Source: Actinomycetota bacterium (GTDB lineage Bacteria > Actinomycetota > Thermoleophilia > Miltoncostaeales > Miltoncostaeaceae). From it: DNA of 64,000 nucleotides. The notes below the pieces were generated by a model. The model did no database searches. It saw nothing but the letters and a program-made list of their open reading frames with translations, and was not told where the DNA came from. The DNA is taken from contig JANLOO010000034.1 in NCBI GenBank assembly GCA_031366605.1, positions 34,372-98,371 of the forward strand. Direction: 5' to 3'. The position numbers and the translations under genes were made by a program. Numbering within the stretch: position 1 is the first letter of the stretch; every line of letters begins with the position of its first letter. Shown here piece after piece: positions 56,619-64,000 of the stretch.

Positions 56619-57793
56619 CCGACGCCCCCGTCTGCGGCAAACCATGCCGCCGTGCCCATGCCGCCGGCGATCGCGGCCAGCGCGAGACCCGTTTCTCCAC
56701 CTCGGCCGGCCAGATCCGCGACGAGGCGCACGATCTGAATCGCCCCGGAGGCGCCCCATGGATGCCCCAAAGCGATGGCACCTCCGTGCGGGTTGACCAG
56801 TCGTTCGTCGATTCCCAGTTCGTCGATCGTGGCGAGCGTCTGGCTTGCGAACGCCTCGGTCAACGCCATCTGCGTCAGTGCGTCCGCCGCAAACGCCGCG
56901 TTGCGCTGTGCCAACAGCCGCACGGCGGCGACCCCGCCGATGCCGCACAGTCGCGGGTCGACTCCTGTCGTGCAGCTGTCCAGGTGCCGTAGGCCCGGCC
57001 GACCAAGACGCTCGGCCATCCGTCGCGAGGCCACGATGACGGCCGCCGCCCCGTCGGCGATCTGACTCGCGTTGCCCGCGGTCACCGTGCCCCCGGCGGT
57101 CACGATGGCGGGGAACCGTGCGAGACGCTCGGGCGTCAGCGTTGCGCGCGGGCACGAGTCCTCGGCAACGACCTGCGTGCCCCGAGGGGTCGTGATCGTG
57201 CAGGGCGCGATCTCGCGTTTGAACACTCCAGCCACCTGGGCCGCGATCGCCCGCTGGTGACTCCGCCCCGCGTAGGCGTCTTGGCAGGTCCGGGGAATCC
57301 CCCACTCCGCGGCGATGGTCTCGGCGGATTCGGCCATGCCGGGATCGTCGTGACCGCCACCGGCGAACATGCGGCGCGGGAAGAATCGACGCCCGCCTCT
57401 GCCCTGGTCCTGTGCAGCCTCCGCGCGCACCGGTGAGGTGGAGGCGCTCTCGACGCCCCCCGCGATGTAGAGCTCACCGGCGCCCGCCTCCACGAGTCGA
57501 CACGCCAACACGATCGCGTCGAGTCCCCCACCGCACTGGCGATCGATGGTCATCCCGGGAACGGCGGCGGCAAGACCGGCGTCGAGCGCGACCCGCCGCG
57601 CGAGGTTGCCACCAGGTCCGGCAGCGGTGGCGAGGATCACGTCTGCGACGGCATCAGGCGCGAGCCCGACGTCCTCGATCAGCGCACGCACGACAATCGT
57701 TGCGAGCGTCTGCGCGTCGAGCGTCGCCAGGTCACCATCGAGCCGCGCGATGGGCGTTCGCCGCCCCGCCACGATCAGCGCAGACTCGTCCAT
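56615..57793 (-). CDS. Thiolase-like protein with an atypical catalytic set
   Basis: The following are present: ..TIDRQCGGGLDAI.. (nucleophile Cys) and ..NPHGGAIALGHPWGASG.. (His). However, the NEAFA motif reads TEAFA and the CxGGG motif reads AIAGG. Confidence 0.8.
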   Translation of the reverse strand: MDESALIVAGRRTPIARLDGDLATLDAQTLATIVVRALIEDVGLAPDAVADVILATAAGPGGNLARRVALDAGLAAAVPGMTIDRQCGGGLDAIVLACRLVEAGAGELYIAGGVESASTSPVRAEAAQDQGRGGRRFFPRRMFAGGGHDDPGMAESAETIAAEWGIPRTCQDAYAGRSHQRAIAAQVAGVFKREIAPCTITTPRGTQVVAEDSCPRATLTPERLARFPAIVTAGGTVTAGNASQIADGAAAVIVASRRMAERLGRPGLRHLDSCTTGVDPRLCGIGGVAAVRLLAQRNAAFAADALTQMALTEAFASQTLATIDELGIDERLVNPHGGAIALGHPWGASGAIQIVRLVADLAGRGGETGLALAAIAGGMGTAAWFAADGGVG

Positions 57794-59320
57794 CTAACGG
57801 AATTCCTGCGTGACGCCGTCCAGCACGAGCTGCCGCACGGCTTGCCGATCGACCTTGCCGGTCCGCCCCACTGGCACCGGGCCGTCGATGATCACGTACC
57901 GGCGCGGTCGTTTGTAGCGGGCCAGTCTGGTGGCCACGTGGTGGCGCAGATCGCTCCGAGCCGGCGTTGCCCCGGGTTCGATCGCCACGACCGCGCACAC
58001 CACTTCGCCCCAGGTCGGATCCGGCAGGCCGACCACGACGCACGCGGCGACCCCGGGAGCGCTCCCCACGATCTGCTCGACCTCCTCGGGCTGCACGTTG
58101 GCACCCCCTGTGATGATCAGGCTCGAGCCGCGCCCCGCGATCGAGAGGAACCCGGCTTCGTCCAAGACGCCACGGTCACCAACCGTCACCCATCCGTCAG
58201 CGAGCGCCCGCGCGCCGGATGCCGGGGGCTCCCCGCGATAGCCCGAGAACACCAGCCGGCTGCGGGCGAAGATGACGCCGGCCTGACCGGCGGCGACGAC
58301 CTGGTCATCATCGTCGCGGATGCTGACCTCGACCCCTGGGAACACCCGCCCCACTGATCCTGGTGGTGTGCCGTCGCCATCCACCTGAATCGCGACGAAC
58401 GAAAGCTCGGACGCGCCGTAATACTCCACCAGGCGGCTGGTCGGGAACCGTCGGCCGGTGCGCCGGCGGACGTCGGCATCGAGACGCGCACCGGCGCACA
58501 AGATGTAGTCGGGATCGGACGCCCCCGCACGCGGCGCGCCCTGTGCGTGTTGGGCGAGCATTGTCGGCACGACGTACACGCCAGACAGACGATCCGAACC
58601 CTCGAGTCGCTGTGCCACGTGTCCTGGCGAGTACTCCGCCGCGGTCACGAGCTCGACCGTTGCGCCGACGTGCAGGGCATGGAGCGCACCGAACAGAAAG
58701 TGCGAGCTGGACAACGGGCCGGGAATCAACACCGTCCCCTGGGGGTCCATCGGACACAAGCCGCCGAAGCGCTCGAAACTCTCCCACCACGATCGGTGCG
58801 AACGCACGAATGCCTTGGGCCGACCCGAGCTGCCCGATGTGAAGCCCACATAGAACGCGGCATCCGGCCTGGCCGCCGCAGCACGCCGTGTGACCGTCAC
58901 GCCGTCGCGCGTCAAGACGGTCCAGCCCGGGTTCATCTGTGGGGATACCCGCCAGCCTTGCTGAGTCACGGCAGCCGTAGCCGCGCGACATTCCTCGGCG
59001 ACGATGACCGCGCACGGATCGAGCTGTGCGATGGCGCCCGCCACCTCACGCTCGGACCATGACGGGTCGAGCACGCCCACCGCCCACCCGGCCGAGGCCA
59101 GTCCGAGGAAACAGGCCACGAACTGTGGGGTCCAGTCGGCCATGATCGCGACGAACGAGGTCCGGTCGTCATCGTGTCCAGACCACGCCCCGCTGTGCTC
59201 GCCGACAGCCGCCGCCTGAGCACGCAGCTCCGTATACGACAACGCGCCCCCCGACCCCCGCAGCGCAATCCGGTCGTCACGCGTCGGGGTCGTCGCCAAC
59301 GCCTGGGAGGTCACCAGCAT
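57794..59320 (-). CDS. AMP-dependent acyl-CoA synthetase/ligase (ANL superfamily)
   Basis: ..YVGFTSGSSGRPKAFVRSH.., ..EYYGASE.. and ..GRTGKVDR.. are the A3, A5 and A10-type motifs. 508 aa. Confidence 0.85.
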   Translation of the reverse strand: MLVTSQALATTPTRDDRIALRGSGGALSYTELRAQAAAVGEHSGAWSGHDDDRTSFVAIMADWTPQFVACFLGLASAGWAVGVLDPSWSEREVAGAIAQLDPCAVIVAEECRAATAAVTQQGWRVSPQMNPGWTVLTRDGVTVTRRAAAARPDAAFYVGFTSGSSGRPKAFVRSHRSWWESFERFGGLCPMDPQGTVLIPGPLSSSHFLFGALHALHVGATVELVTAAEYSPGHVAQRLEGSDRLSGVYVVPTMLAQHAQGAPRAGASDPDYILCAGARLDADVRRRTGRRFPTSRLVEYYGASELSFVAIQVDGDGTPPGSVGRVFPGVEVSIRDDDDQVVAAGQAGVIFARSRLVFSGYRGEPPASGARALADGWVTVGDRGVLDEAGFLSIAGRGSSLIITGGANVQPEEVEQIVGSAPGVAACVVVGLPDPTWGEVVCAVVAIEPGATPARSDLRHHVATRLARYKRPRRYVIIDGPVPVGRTGKVDRQAVRQLVLDGVTQEFR

Positions 59321-59328
59321 GGGCGCCC

Positions 59329-59913
59329 CTATGCGGACGCCCGGGCGAGGTGGGGCTGCAAGAAAGGCGCGGCCCGGAACGCGGACGTCGCAACCACGGT
59401 CGCTGCCGCAGCCTTGAGCAGGTCACCGGGGACGAAGTTCATCGATGCCCGGAAGAACGTGCCGAGCGGGATGTCGGCCACCGCCGACCCGATCGGAATG
59501 CCGATGCAATAGAGCGCGACGATGCCCCCGAACACCGCGGCGACAAAGTGCGTGGCCAGCTGAACCGCGGGGAGCCGCGTGCCACCGAGCTTGCGAAGGC
59601 CGGAGATGATGAGCGCCACGACCGCAGCCGCGACGGGAAAGCCCAACACGAACCCGGCGCTCCCGGTCGAGAACACGCCCCACCCGCCACGGCCGCCTGA
59701 CAGCAATGGCAGCCCGGCAGCGACGAGCCCGACGAACAGCGCCACCGACAGGAATGCCTCAACGGGCACCAACATCAGCCCCGCGATCATCACACCGAGC
59801 GTCTGGGCCGTGATGGGCACCGAGATGCCCGGCACGCTGAAGGCCGGGGTGAGTCCAAGCACCGCAACGAGCGCTGCGAACACCGCGATGCGAGCGATCC
59901 GCTGACCGCTCAT
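59329..59913 (-). CDS. bioY: Biotin transporter S component BioY
   Basis: ..IAVFAALVAVLGLTPAFSVPGISVPITAQTLGVMIAGLML..GGWGVFSTGSAGFVLGFP.. and ..FVPGDLLKA... The start is ATG 59913 or 59958. Confidence 0.88.
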   Translation of the reverse strand: MSGQRIARIAVFAALVAVLGLTPAFSVPGISVPITAQTLGVMIAGLMLVPVEAFLSVALFVGLVAAGLPLLSGGRGGWGVFSTGSAGFVLGFPVAAAVVALIISGLRKLGGTRLPAVQLATHFVAAVFGGIVALYCIGIPIGSAVADIPLGTFFRASMNFVPGDLLKAAAATVVATSAFRAAPFLQPHLARASA

Positions 59914-59988
59914 CCCCCCGCTCCTCGCACCCGCCGTTGTGTGATCGCCATCGCCCATGTGTGCCTCCCGGCCGTCAGACTGTCGTTG

Positions 59989-60017
59989 GCCGTGACACTA
60001 TCCGAGGTCGTCACGGC
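59989..60017. promoter_or_regulatory. Candidate BirA operator in the bioY/birA divergent region
   Basis: There is a perfect 8-nt inverted repeat, GCCGTGAC-N13-GTCACGGC. A third copy, CCGTGAC, lies at 60032-60038. Confidence 0.35.
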
Positions 60018-60055
60018 ATATAAGGTTGACCCGTGACGATCTACCCCTTCCACCG

Positions 60056-61024
60056 ATGAGCACCGACACCGACGAACGCCGTGAGCAGGTCCTCGAAGCC
60101 CTCGTGGCCGCGGGCGCCGACGGCGTCTCGGGTCAGGTGATCGCGGAACGGCTGGGTTGTTCGCGGGCGGCGATCCACCGGCACGTCGAGACGCTGCGAC
60201 GCAACGGCACCGCGATCGACGGCGTCCACGAGGGCTACCGCCTGGCCGCCGAGGCCGATCCGATCGTGCCCCGCCTGGTTCAGCTCGAGCTGTCACCTCC
60301 GATCGCAGGTCCCATCCGCTGGAGCCCGAGCACGGGCTCAACCAACGATGACGCGGTCGGGCACGCACGTGCAGGCGCGCCTGAAGGCCTGATCATCGGC
60401 ACGGACTTCCAGATGAGCGGCCGGGGACGCCGTGGGCGTGAGTGGCGATCCGAGCCGGGTGACGCGGTGCTGTGCTCGGTGCTGCTGCGGCCCCCCGTCG
60501 CGCCCGCCGACACAGGGGTGCTGCCGATCATCGCGGCAGTCTCGGTCGCCGAGGCGCTTGGCGCCGGGGCCGGGATCATCTGGCCCAACGACATCGTCAT
60601 CGCCGACCGCAAGGTGTGCGGCATCCTCTGCGAACTGTCCGCCGACGAGAGCGGCGTGGCGTGGGTGGTCGTCGGCATGGGTATCAACGTGCGCGGGGTC
60701 CCCGAGCTGGCCGATGCCCGATGGCAGCCGGGTGCGCTCGCGGACGACGGCACGCAGCCGTCACGCATGCAGGTGCTCGTCGCCGTGCTGACGATCCTGG
60801 GTCGCCACTACGCCGAGTGGCTCACGGATGGGCCGTCAGCCGCGTTGGCCGCGTTCAGCCGACGCGATCTGCTGCACGGGTCGGGCATCACGATCCAGAC
60901 CGGCGATCGTGAGACCTCCGGCACGGCAAGCGGCGTTGACGACCAAGGCCGCCTGCGTGTGATGACCGCAGCCGGCGAAGTCGTCGTGAGCGCGGGTGAG
61001 GTCACGCGGATCGAGCGGGGCTGA
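60056..61024 (+). CDS. birA: Biotin--[acetyl-CoA-carboxylase] ligase with an N-terminal wHTH (class II BirA)
   Basis: ATG 60056 gives MSTDTDERREQVLEALVAAGADGVSGQVIAERLGCSRAAIHRHVETLRRNG (HTH). The ligase core ..QMSGRGRRGREW.. follows, then ..VCGILCE... Confidence 0.88.
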   Translation: MSTDTDERREQVLEALVAAGADGVSGQVIAERLGCSRAAIHRHVETLRRNGTAIDGVHEGYRLAAEADPIVPRLVQLELSPPIAGPIRWSPSTGSTNDDAVGHARAGAPEGLIIGTDFQMSGRGRRGREWRSEPGDAVLCSVLLRPPVAPADTGVLPIIAAVSVAEALGAGAGIIWPNDIVIADRKVCGILCELSADESGVAWVVVGMGINVRGVPELADARWQPGALADDGTQPSRMQVLVAVLTILGRHYAEWLTDGPSAALAAFSRRDLLHGSGITIQTGDRETSGTASGVDDQGRLRVMTAAGEVVVSAGEVTRIERG

Positions 61025-61050
61025 ACCCGTCGACCCGCAGACCAGCGCGA

Positions 61051-61707
61051 TCAGTCGCCCAAGAGATTCAGCAGCGACGTGAAGATGTTGACGATCGACA
61101 CGAAGATGCCCGTCGCAAGCCAGATCGCGTCGTCCTCGGTGGCGTGCTTGCGGAGGAAGTTGAAGTCGATCACCAGGAGCAACGCGGAGACCCCGTAGAT
61201 GGCCAGGCTGAACACGGGGTTGAGCGGACCCGAGATCAACGACCAGACGATCGCAACGCCGCAGAGGCCGAACACGACCAGCGACACCGGTTTCATCCAC
61301 GACGCGAGGTCCTTCTTGAGGAGCAGCCCGATCGCTCCCATGCCGAGCACGGTGGCGGCGGTCCCTGCGGTCGCCTGGGCGAGGGTGCCGGGCTCGACCG
61401 TGGCGTAGAACTTGAGGACGGGGCCCAGGCCCAACCCCAGCAGCGTCGCTGTGCCGAACAGCCAGCCCATCGCAAAGCCGCCGACACGGAACCGCTGCCC
61501 GGCAAACGATGAGACGAGCAGCATGCCGATGCCCGCGAGTGAGCAGGCGATCGCCGCTCCGCGCGAAAGGTCGCGCCCGAGGTACGAACCCAGCGCGAGA
61601 AAACCGATTGCGATGGCGACGAGGCCCATGACCCAACCGAATACCCCGATGGCGGAGCGTTCTTGGGCACTGGTGACGTCGCGGCTGTACATGGTGTCGT
61701 TGTTCAT
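61051..61707 (-). CDS. Bax inhibitor-1/YccA family membrane protein
   Basis: The ORF is 218 aa with 7 TM helices and a C-terminal ..FVSIVNIFTSLLNLLG. Confidence 0.8.
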   Translation of the reverse strand: MNNDTMYSRDVTSAQERSAIGVFGWVMGLVAIAIGFLALGSYLGRDLSRGAAIACSLAGIGMLLVSSFAGQRFRVGGFAMGWLFGTATLLGLGLGPVLKFYATVEPGTLAQATAGTAATVLGMGAIGLLLKKDLASWMKPVSLVVFGLCGVAIVWSLISGPLNPVFSLAIYGVSALLLVIDFNFLRKHATEDDAIWLATGIFVSIVNIFTSLLNLLGD

Positions 61708-61794
61708 GCGAACCAGAATAGCGCCCCTGGGCGCATGCTCAGAACCGCGGCGTCGTCCCCGACAGCCCGCGTGAGGTTCGCCACTGGATCCCGT

Positions 61795-62106
61795 TCAGCT
61801 TCGGAGATCTCGCCGGTCCGTTGGACTCACGACCTTCATCAGCGAACCGACAGCGTGATCGCGTTCGAGTGCATGACGCAGAGGGAGCGCCTCGTCGATC
61901 GAGTAGCGGTTGCGCCGTCCGACGCGCGTGCGGCTGACGTATCCGGCCTCGACAAGGTCCCCCACGATGCCCTGCGCGGCCCGCTCGGTGATGCCAACCA
62001 ACTGGGCGACGTCGCGCAACCGCACGTCAGGGTCGCGTGCGAGGCACACCAGCACGTGCGCGTGGTTGGTCAGAAACGTCCAGCGCGACTGCTGCGGGTC
62101 TGCCAT
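61795..62106 (-). CDS. Winged-helix transcriptional regulator (ArsR/MarR-like)
   Basis: ..VRLRDVAQLVGITERAAQGIVGDLVEAGYVSRTRVGRRNRY... 103 aa. Confidence 0.7.
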   Translation of the reverse strand: MADPQQSRWTFLTNHAHVLVCLARDPDVRLRDVAQLVGITERAAQGIVGDLVEAGYVSRTRVGRRNRYSIDEALPLRHALERDHAVGSLMKVVSPTDRRDLRS

Positions 62107-62117
62107 TCGACTGGAGA

Positions 62118-63383
62118 CTAGTCGGCTGTCCCGCCGTCCACGATCATGCCGGCACCGAGCGTGTCGTTTGTGGCCTCGTCGATCAGAATGAAGCTGCCTG
62201 TCGTGCGGTTGGCGCGGTACGGGTCGACGACAAGTGGCTGGCTCACGCGGAGTCGGATGCGCCCCAGGTCGTTGAGCCCCAGGGTGTCCGATGCAACCGG
62301 GTCGAACGTGTGGATGTCGACGCGGTGCTCGATGGCGTCAACCACCGCACGGGCCTCACGCGTCGTATGGCGGATGACGTACTTGGATCCCGGGGTCAAC
62401 TGACGGTCGCTCATCCAGCACACGTCCGCCACAAGCTCACGCATCACGAGCGGAGGGAACTCGGTGCCGACGATCATGTCGCCGCGGGCGACATCAAAGT
62501 TGTCGGCAAGACGGATCGTGACCGACCGCGGCGCCTCGGCCACGCCGAGCTGCCCGTCGATCGTCTCGACACCCGCGATCACCGTGCGGTGTCCGGCCGG
62601 CAGCACCAGGACGTCCATCCCGGGACGGAACTCACCTGAGGCGATCTGGCCCGCGTACCCACGGTAGTCGTGGTACTCGGTGGCCTGCGGGCGGATGACC
62701 CATTGCACGGGGTACCGCGCCGGCAGCTCGGTCCGCCCACGATCCAGTGGGATGCCCTCGAGGTGACTCAGCAGTGACGGCCCCGTGTACCAATCCATCC
62801 GCGTACTCGCGTCGACCACGTTGTCGCCGTCCAGCGCCGAGATTGGGATCAGATCGATTTCGATGTCCAGGTCGTCGGCGAACGCCCGAAACTGCGCCTC
62901 GATCTCGTCGAACCGGGCCTGCGAGAACTCCACCAGGTCCATCTTGTTGATCGCGACGACGATGCGCGGGATGCGCAGCAGCGAGCAGACGTAGGTGTGC
63001 CGGCGGGTTTGCTCGGCCACACCGTGGCGCGCGTCGATGAGGATCACCGCGACGTCGGCCGTGGAGGCGCCGGTCGCCATGTTGCGCGTGTACTGCACGT
63101 GACCAGGGCAGTCGGCGATGATGAATCGCCGCAGCGGCGTCGCGAACGGCCGGTACGCCACGTCGATCGTGATGCCCTGCTCGCGCTCGGCGCGCAGCCC
63201 GTCGGTCAGCAGGGCCAGGTTGACGTAGCCGTCACCACGCCGTTCGCTGACCTCCTCGATGTGCTCCAACTGGTCGGCCATGACCTGCTTGCTGTCGTAC
63301 AGCAAGCGCCCGATCAGGGTGCTCTTGCCATCGTCGACCGATCCGCACGTCACCAGTCGGCAGAGGTCAACGTGATCGATCAC
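62118..63383 (-). CDS. cysN: Sulfate adenylyltransferase subunit 1 (GTPase CysN, no APS-kinase domain)
   Basis: ..CGSVDDGKSTLIGRLL.., ..DCPGHVQYTRNM.. and ..NKMDL... 421 aa. Confidence 0.92.
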   Translation of the reverse strand: MIDHVDLCRLVTCGSVDDGKSTLIGRLLYDSKQVMADQLEHIEEVSERRGDGYVNLALLTDGLRAEREQGITIDVAYRPFATPLRRFIIADCPGHVQYTRNMATGASTADVAVILIDARHGVAEQTRRHTYVCSLLRIPRIVVAINKMDLVEFSQARFDEIEAQFRAFADDLDIEIDLIPISALDGDNVVDASTRMDWYTGPSLLSHLEGIPLDRGRTELPARYPVQWVIRPQATEYHDYRGYAGQIASGEFRPGMDVLVLPAGHRTVIAGVETIDGQLGVAEAPRSVTIRLADNFDVARGDMIVGTEFPPLVMRELVADVCWMSDRQLTPGSKYVIRHTTREARAVVDAIEHRVDIHTFDPVASDTLGLNDLGRIRLRVSQPLVVDPYRANRTTGSFILIDEATNDTLGAGMIVDGGTAD

Positions 63384-63391
63384 GATGGGAC

Positions 63392-64000
63392 TCAGAAGTA
63401 GCCGACCCGTTTGCGGTCTTCCATGGCGGCCTCGCTGGCGCGATCGTCGGCGCGGGTCTCGCCGCGTTCGGTGATGCGTGTCGCGACGATCTCGGTGACC
63501 ACATCCTCAAGCGTCGCCGCAGTCGATGCGACCGCGCCGGTGCAGCTCATGTCCCCAACTGTCCGAAAGCGAACGGACGTTGTGAACACCTCTTCGGTCG
63601 GAAGGCGCTCAACCACCTCACTCGCCGCGTAGAGCATGCCGTCACGGGCGAACACCTCGCGCTCGTGCGCGAAATAGATCGTCGGAAGCTCGATGTGCTC
63701 GCGGGCGACGTACTCCCAGACGTCCAGCTCGGTCCAATTGGAGATCGGGAACACGCGCACATGCTCGCCTTTGCGAACGCGGCCGTTGTACAGGCTCCAA
63801 ACCTCCGGACGTTGGGCACGTGGGTCCCATTGGCCAAAGTCGTCGCGGAAGCTGAACACGCGTTCCTTGGCCCTGGCGCGCTCCTCGTCGCGGCGTGCTC
63901 CGCCGATCGCGGCATCAAAGCCATGCTTCTCGATTGCGTCCAGCAGCGATGTCGTCTGCAGCTGGTTCCGCGATGAGCGCGGACCTGTCTGCTCGGTCAC
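63392..64000 (-). CDS. cysD: Sulfate adenylyltransferase subunit 2 (CysD); the 5' end runs off the window
   Basis: ..GGARRDEERARAKERVFSFRD..WDPRAQRPEVWSLYN..VRVFPISNWTELDVWEY.. and ..MEDRKRVGYF*. Confidence 0.92.
   Translation of the reverse strand: MTEQTGPRSSRNQLQTTSLLDAIEKHGFDAAIGGARRDEERARAKERVFSFRDDFGQWDPRAQRPEVWSLYNGRVRKGEHVRVFPISNWTELDVWEYVAREHIELPTIYFAHEREVFARDGMLYAASEVVERLPTEEVFTTSVRFRTVGDMSCTGAVASTAATLEDVVTEIVATRITERGETRADDRASEAAMEDRKRVGYF

Overview
This is a high-G+C, actinobacterial-type chromosomal core segment. It is very gene-dense and mostly transcribed on the minus strand, in long operons whose genes are joined by 1-8 nt stop/start overlaps (ATGA/GTGA/TTGA type). All calls come from reading the supplied ORF translations and the raw sequence by eye. 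No searches were run, so functions are motif-level recognitions.

Gene blocks:
- 1-9.8 kb: argB, a small insert (antisense phd/yefM-relE/parE plus a truncated-haemoglobin gene), argJ-argC-pheT-pheS-trmH-rplT-rpmI-infC.
- 10.1-20.8 kb: a 9-gene, fully overlap-coupled operon whose products all look cytoplasmic. It encodes 2 APH-fold kinases, 2 WcaL-like GT4s, a heparinase II/III-like protein, a GT28-like GT, a CE4-like deacetylase, an NAD epimerase and an MSOX-like FAD oxidase.
- 20.8-23.2 kb: a decayed hydrolase-like remnant, a histidine phosphatase and two small membrane proteins.
- 23213-23572 (minus): a tmRNA gene absent from the ORF track.
- 23.7-27.2 kb: an HTH-ClpN protein and lutABC.
- 27.7-38.8 kb: ridA-smpB-rnr-S41 peptidase-ftsX-ftsE-prfB (with the classic CTT TGA C +1 recoding site)-secA-hpf-comF.
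- 38.9-43.2 kb: a frameshifted secreted beta-helix protein, a CAX antiporter, an MBL hydrolase and a 565-nt unassigned gap.
- 43.2-52 kb: mtnA-PGI/PMI-NDP-sugar transferase-ugd-LCP-M20-MFS.
- 52-54.6 kb: two secreted proteins.
- 54.9-61 kb: bioY-acyl-CoA ligase-thiolase-like-ECF A-ECF T-hotdog, divergent from an HTH-bearing birA.
- 61-64 kb: a BI-1 family protein, a wHTH regulator and cysN-cysD.

Most interesting:
- The biotin ECF transporter operon is interrupted by three acyl-CoA-type enzymes, including a thiolase-like protein lacking two catalytic residues.
- The 9-gene glycan/kinase operon has no export genes.
- The tmRNA has a perfect G3:U70 acceptor stem and a tag ORF but a non-canonical T-loop.
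- argJ and ugd have conserved N-termini reachable only from CTG or ATA codons sitting in 4-nt overlaps.
- Two ~145-160 nt nested inverted-repeat elements lie in intergenic positions.
- Three single-base homopolymer frameshifts (glbO, relE/parE, beta-helix gene) may be real decay or assembly errors.

No CRISPR array, rRNA, tRNA, transposase or integrase was seen.
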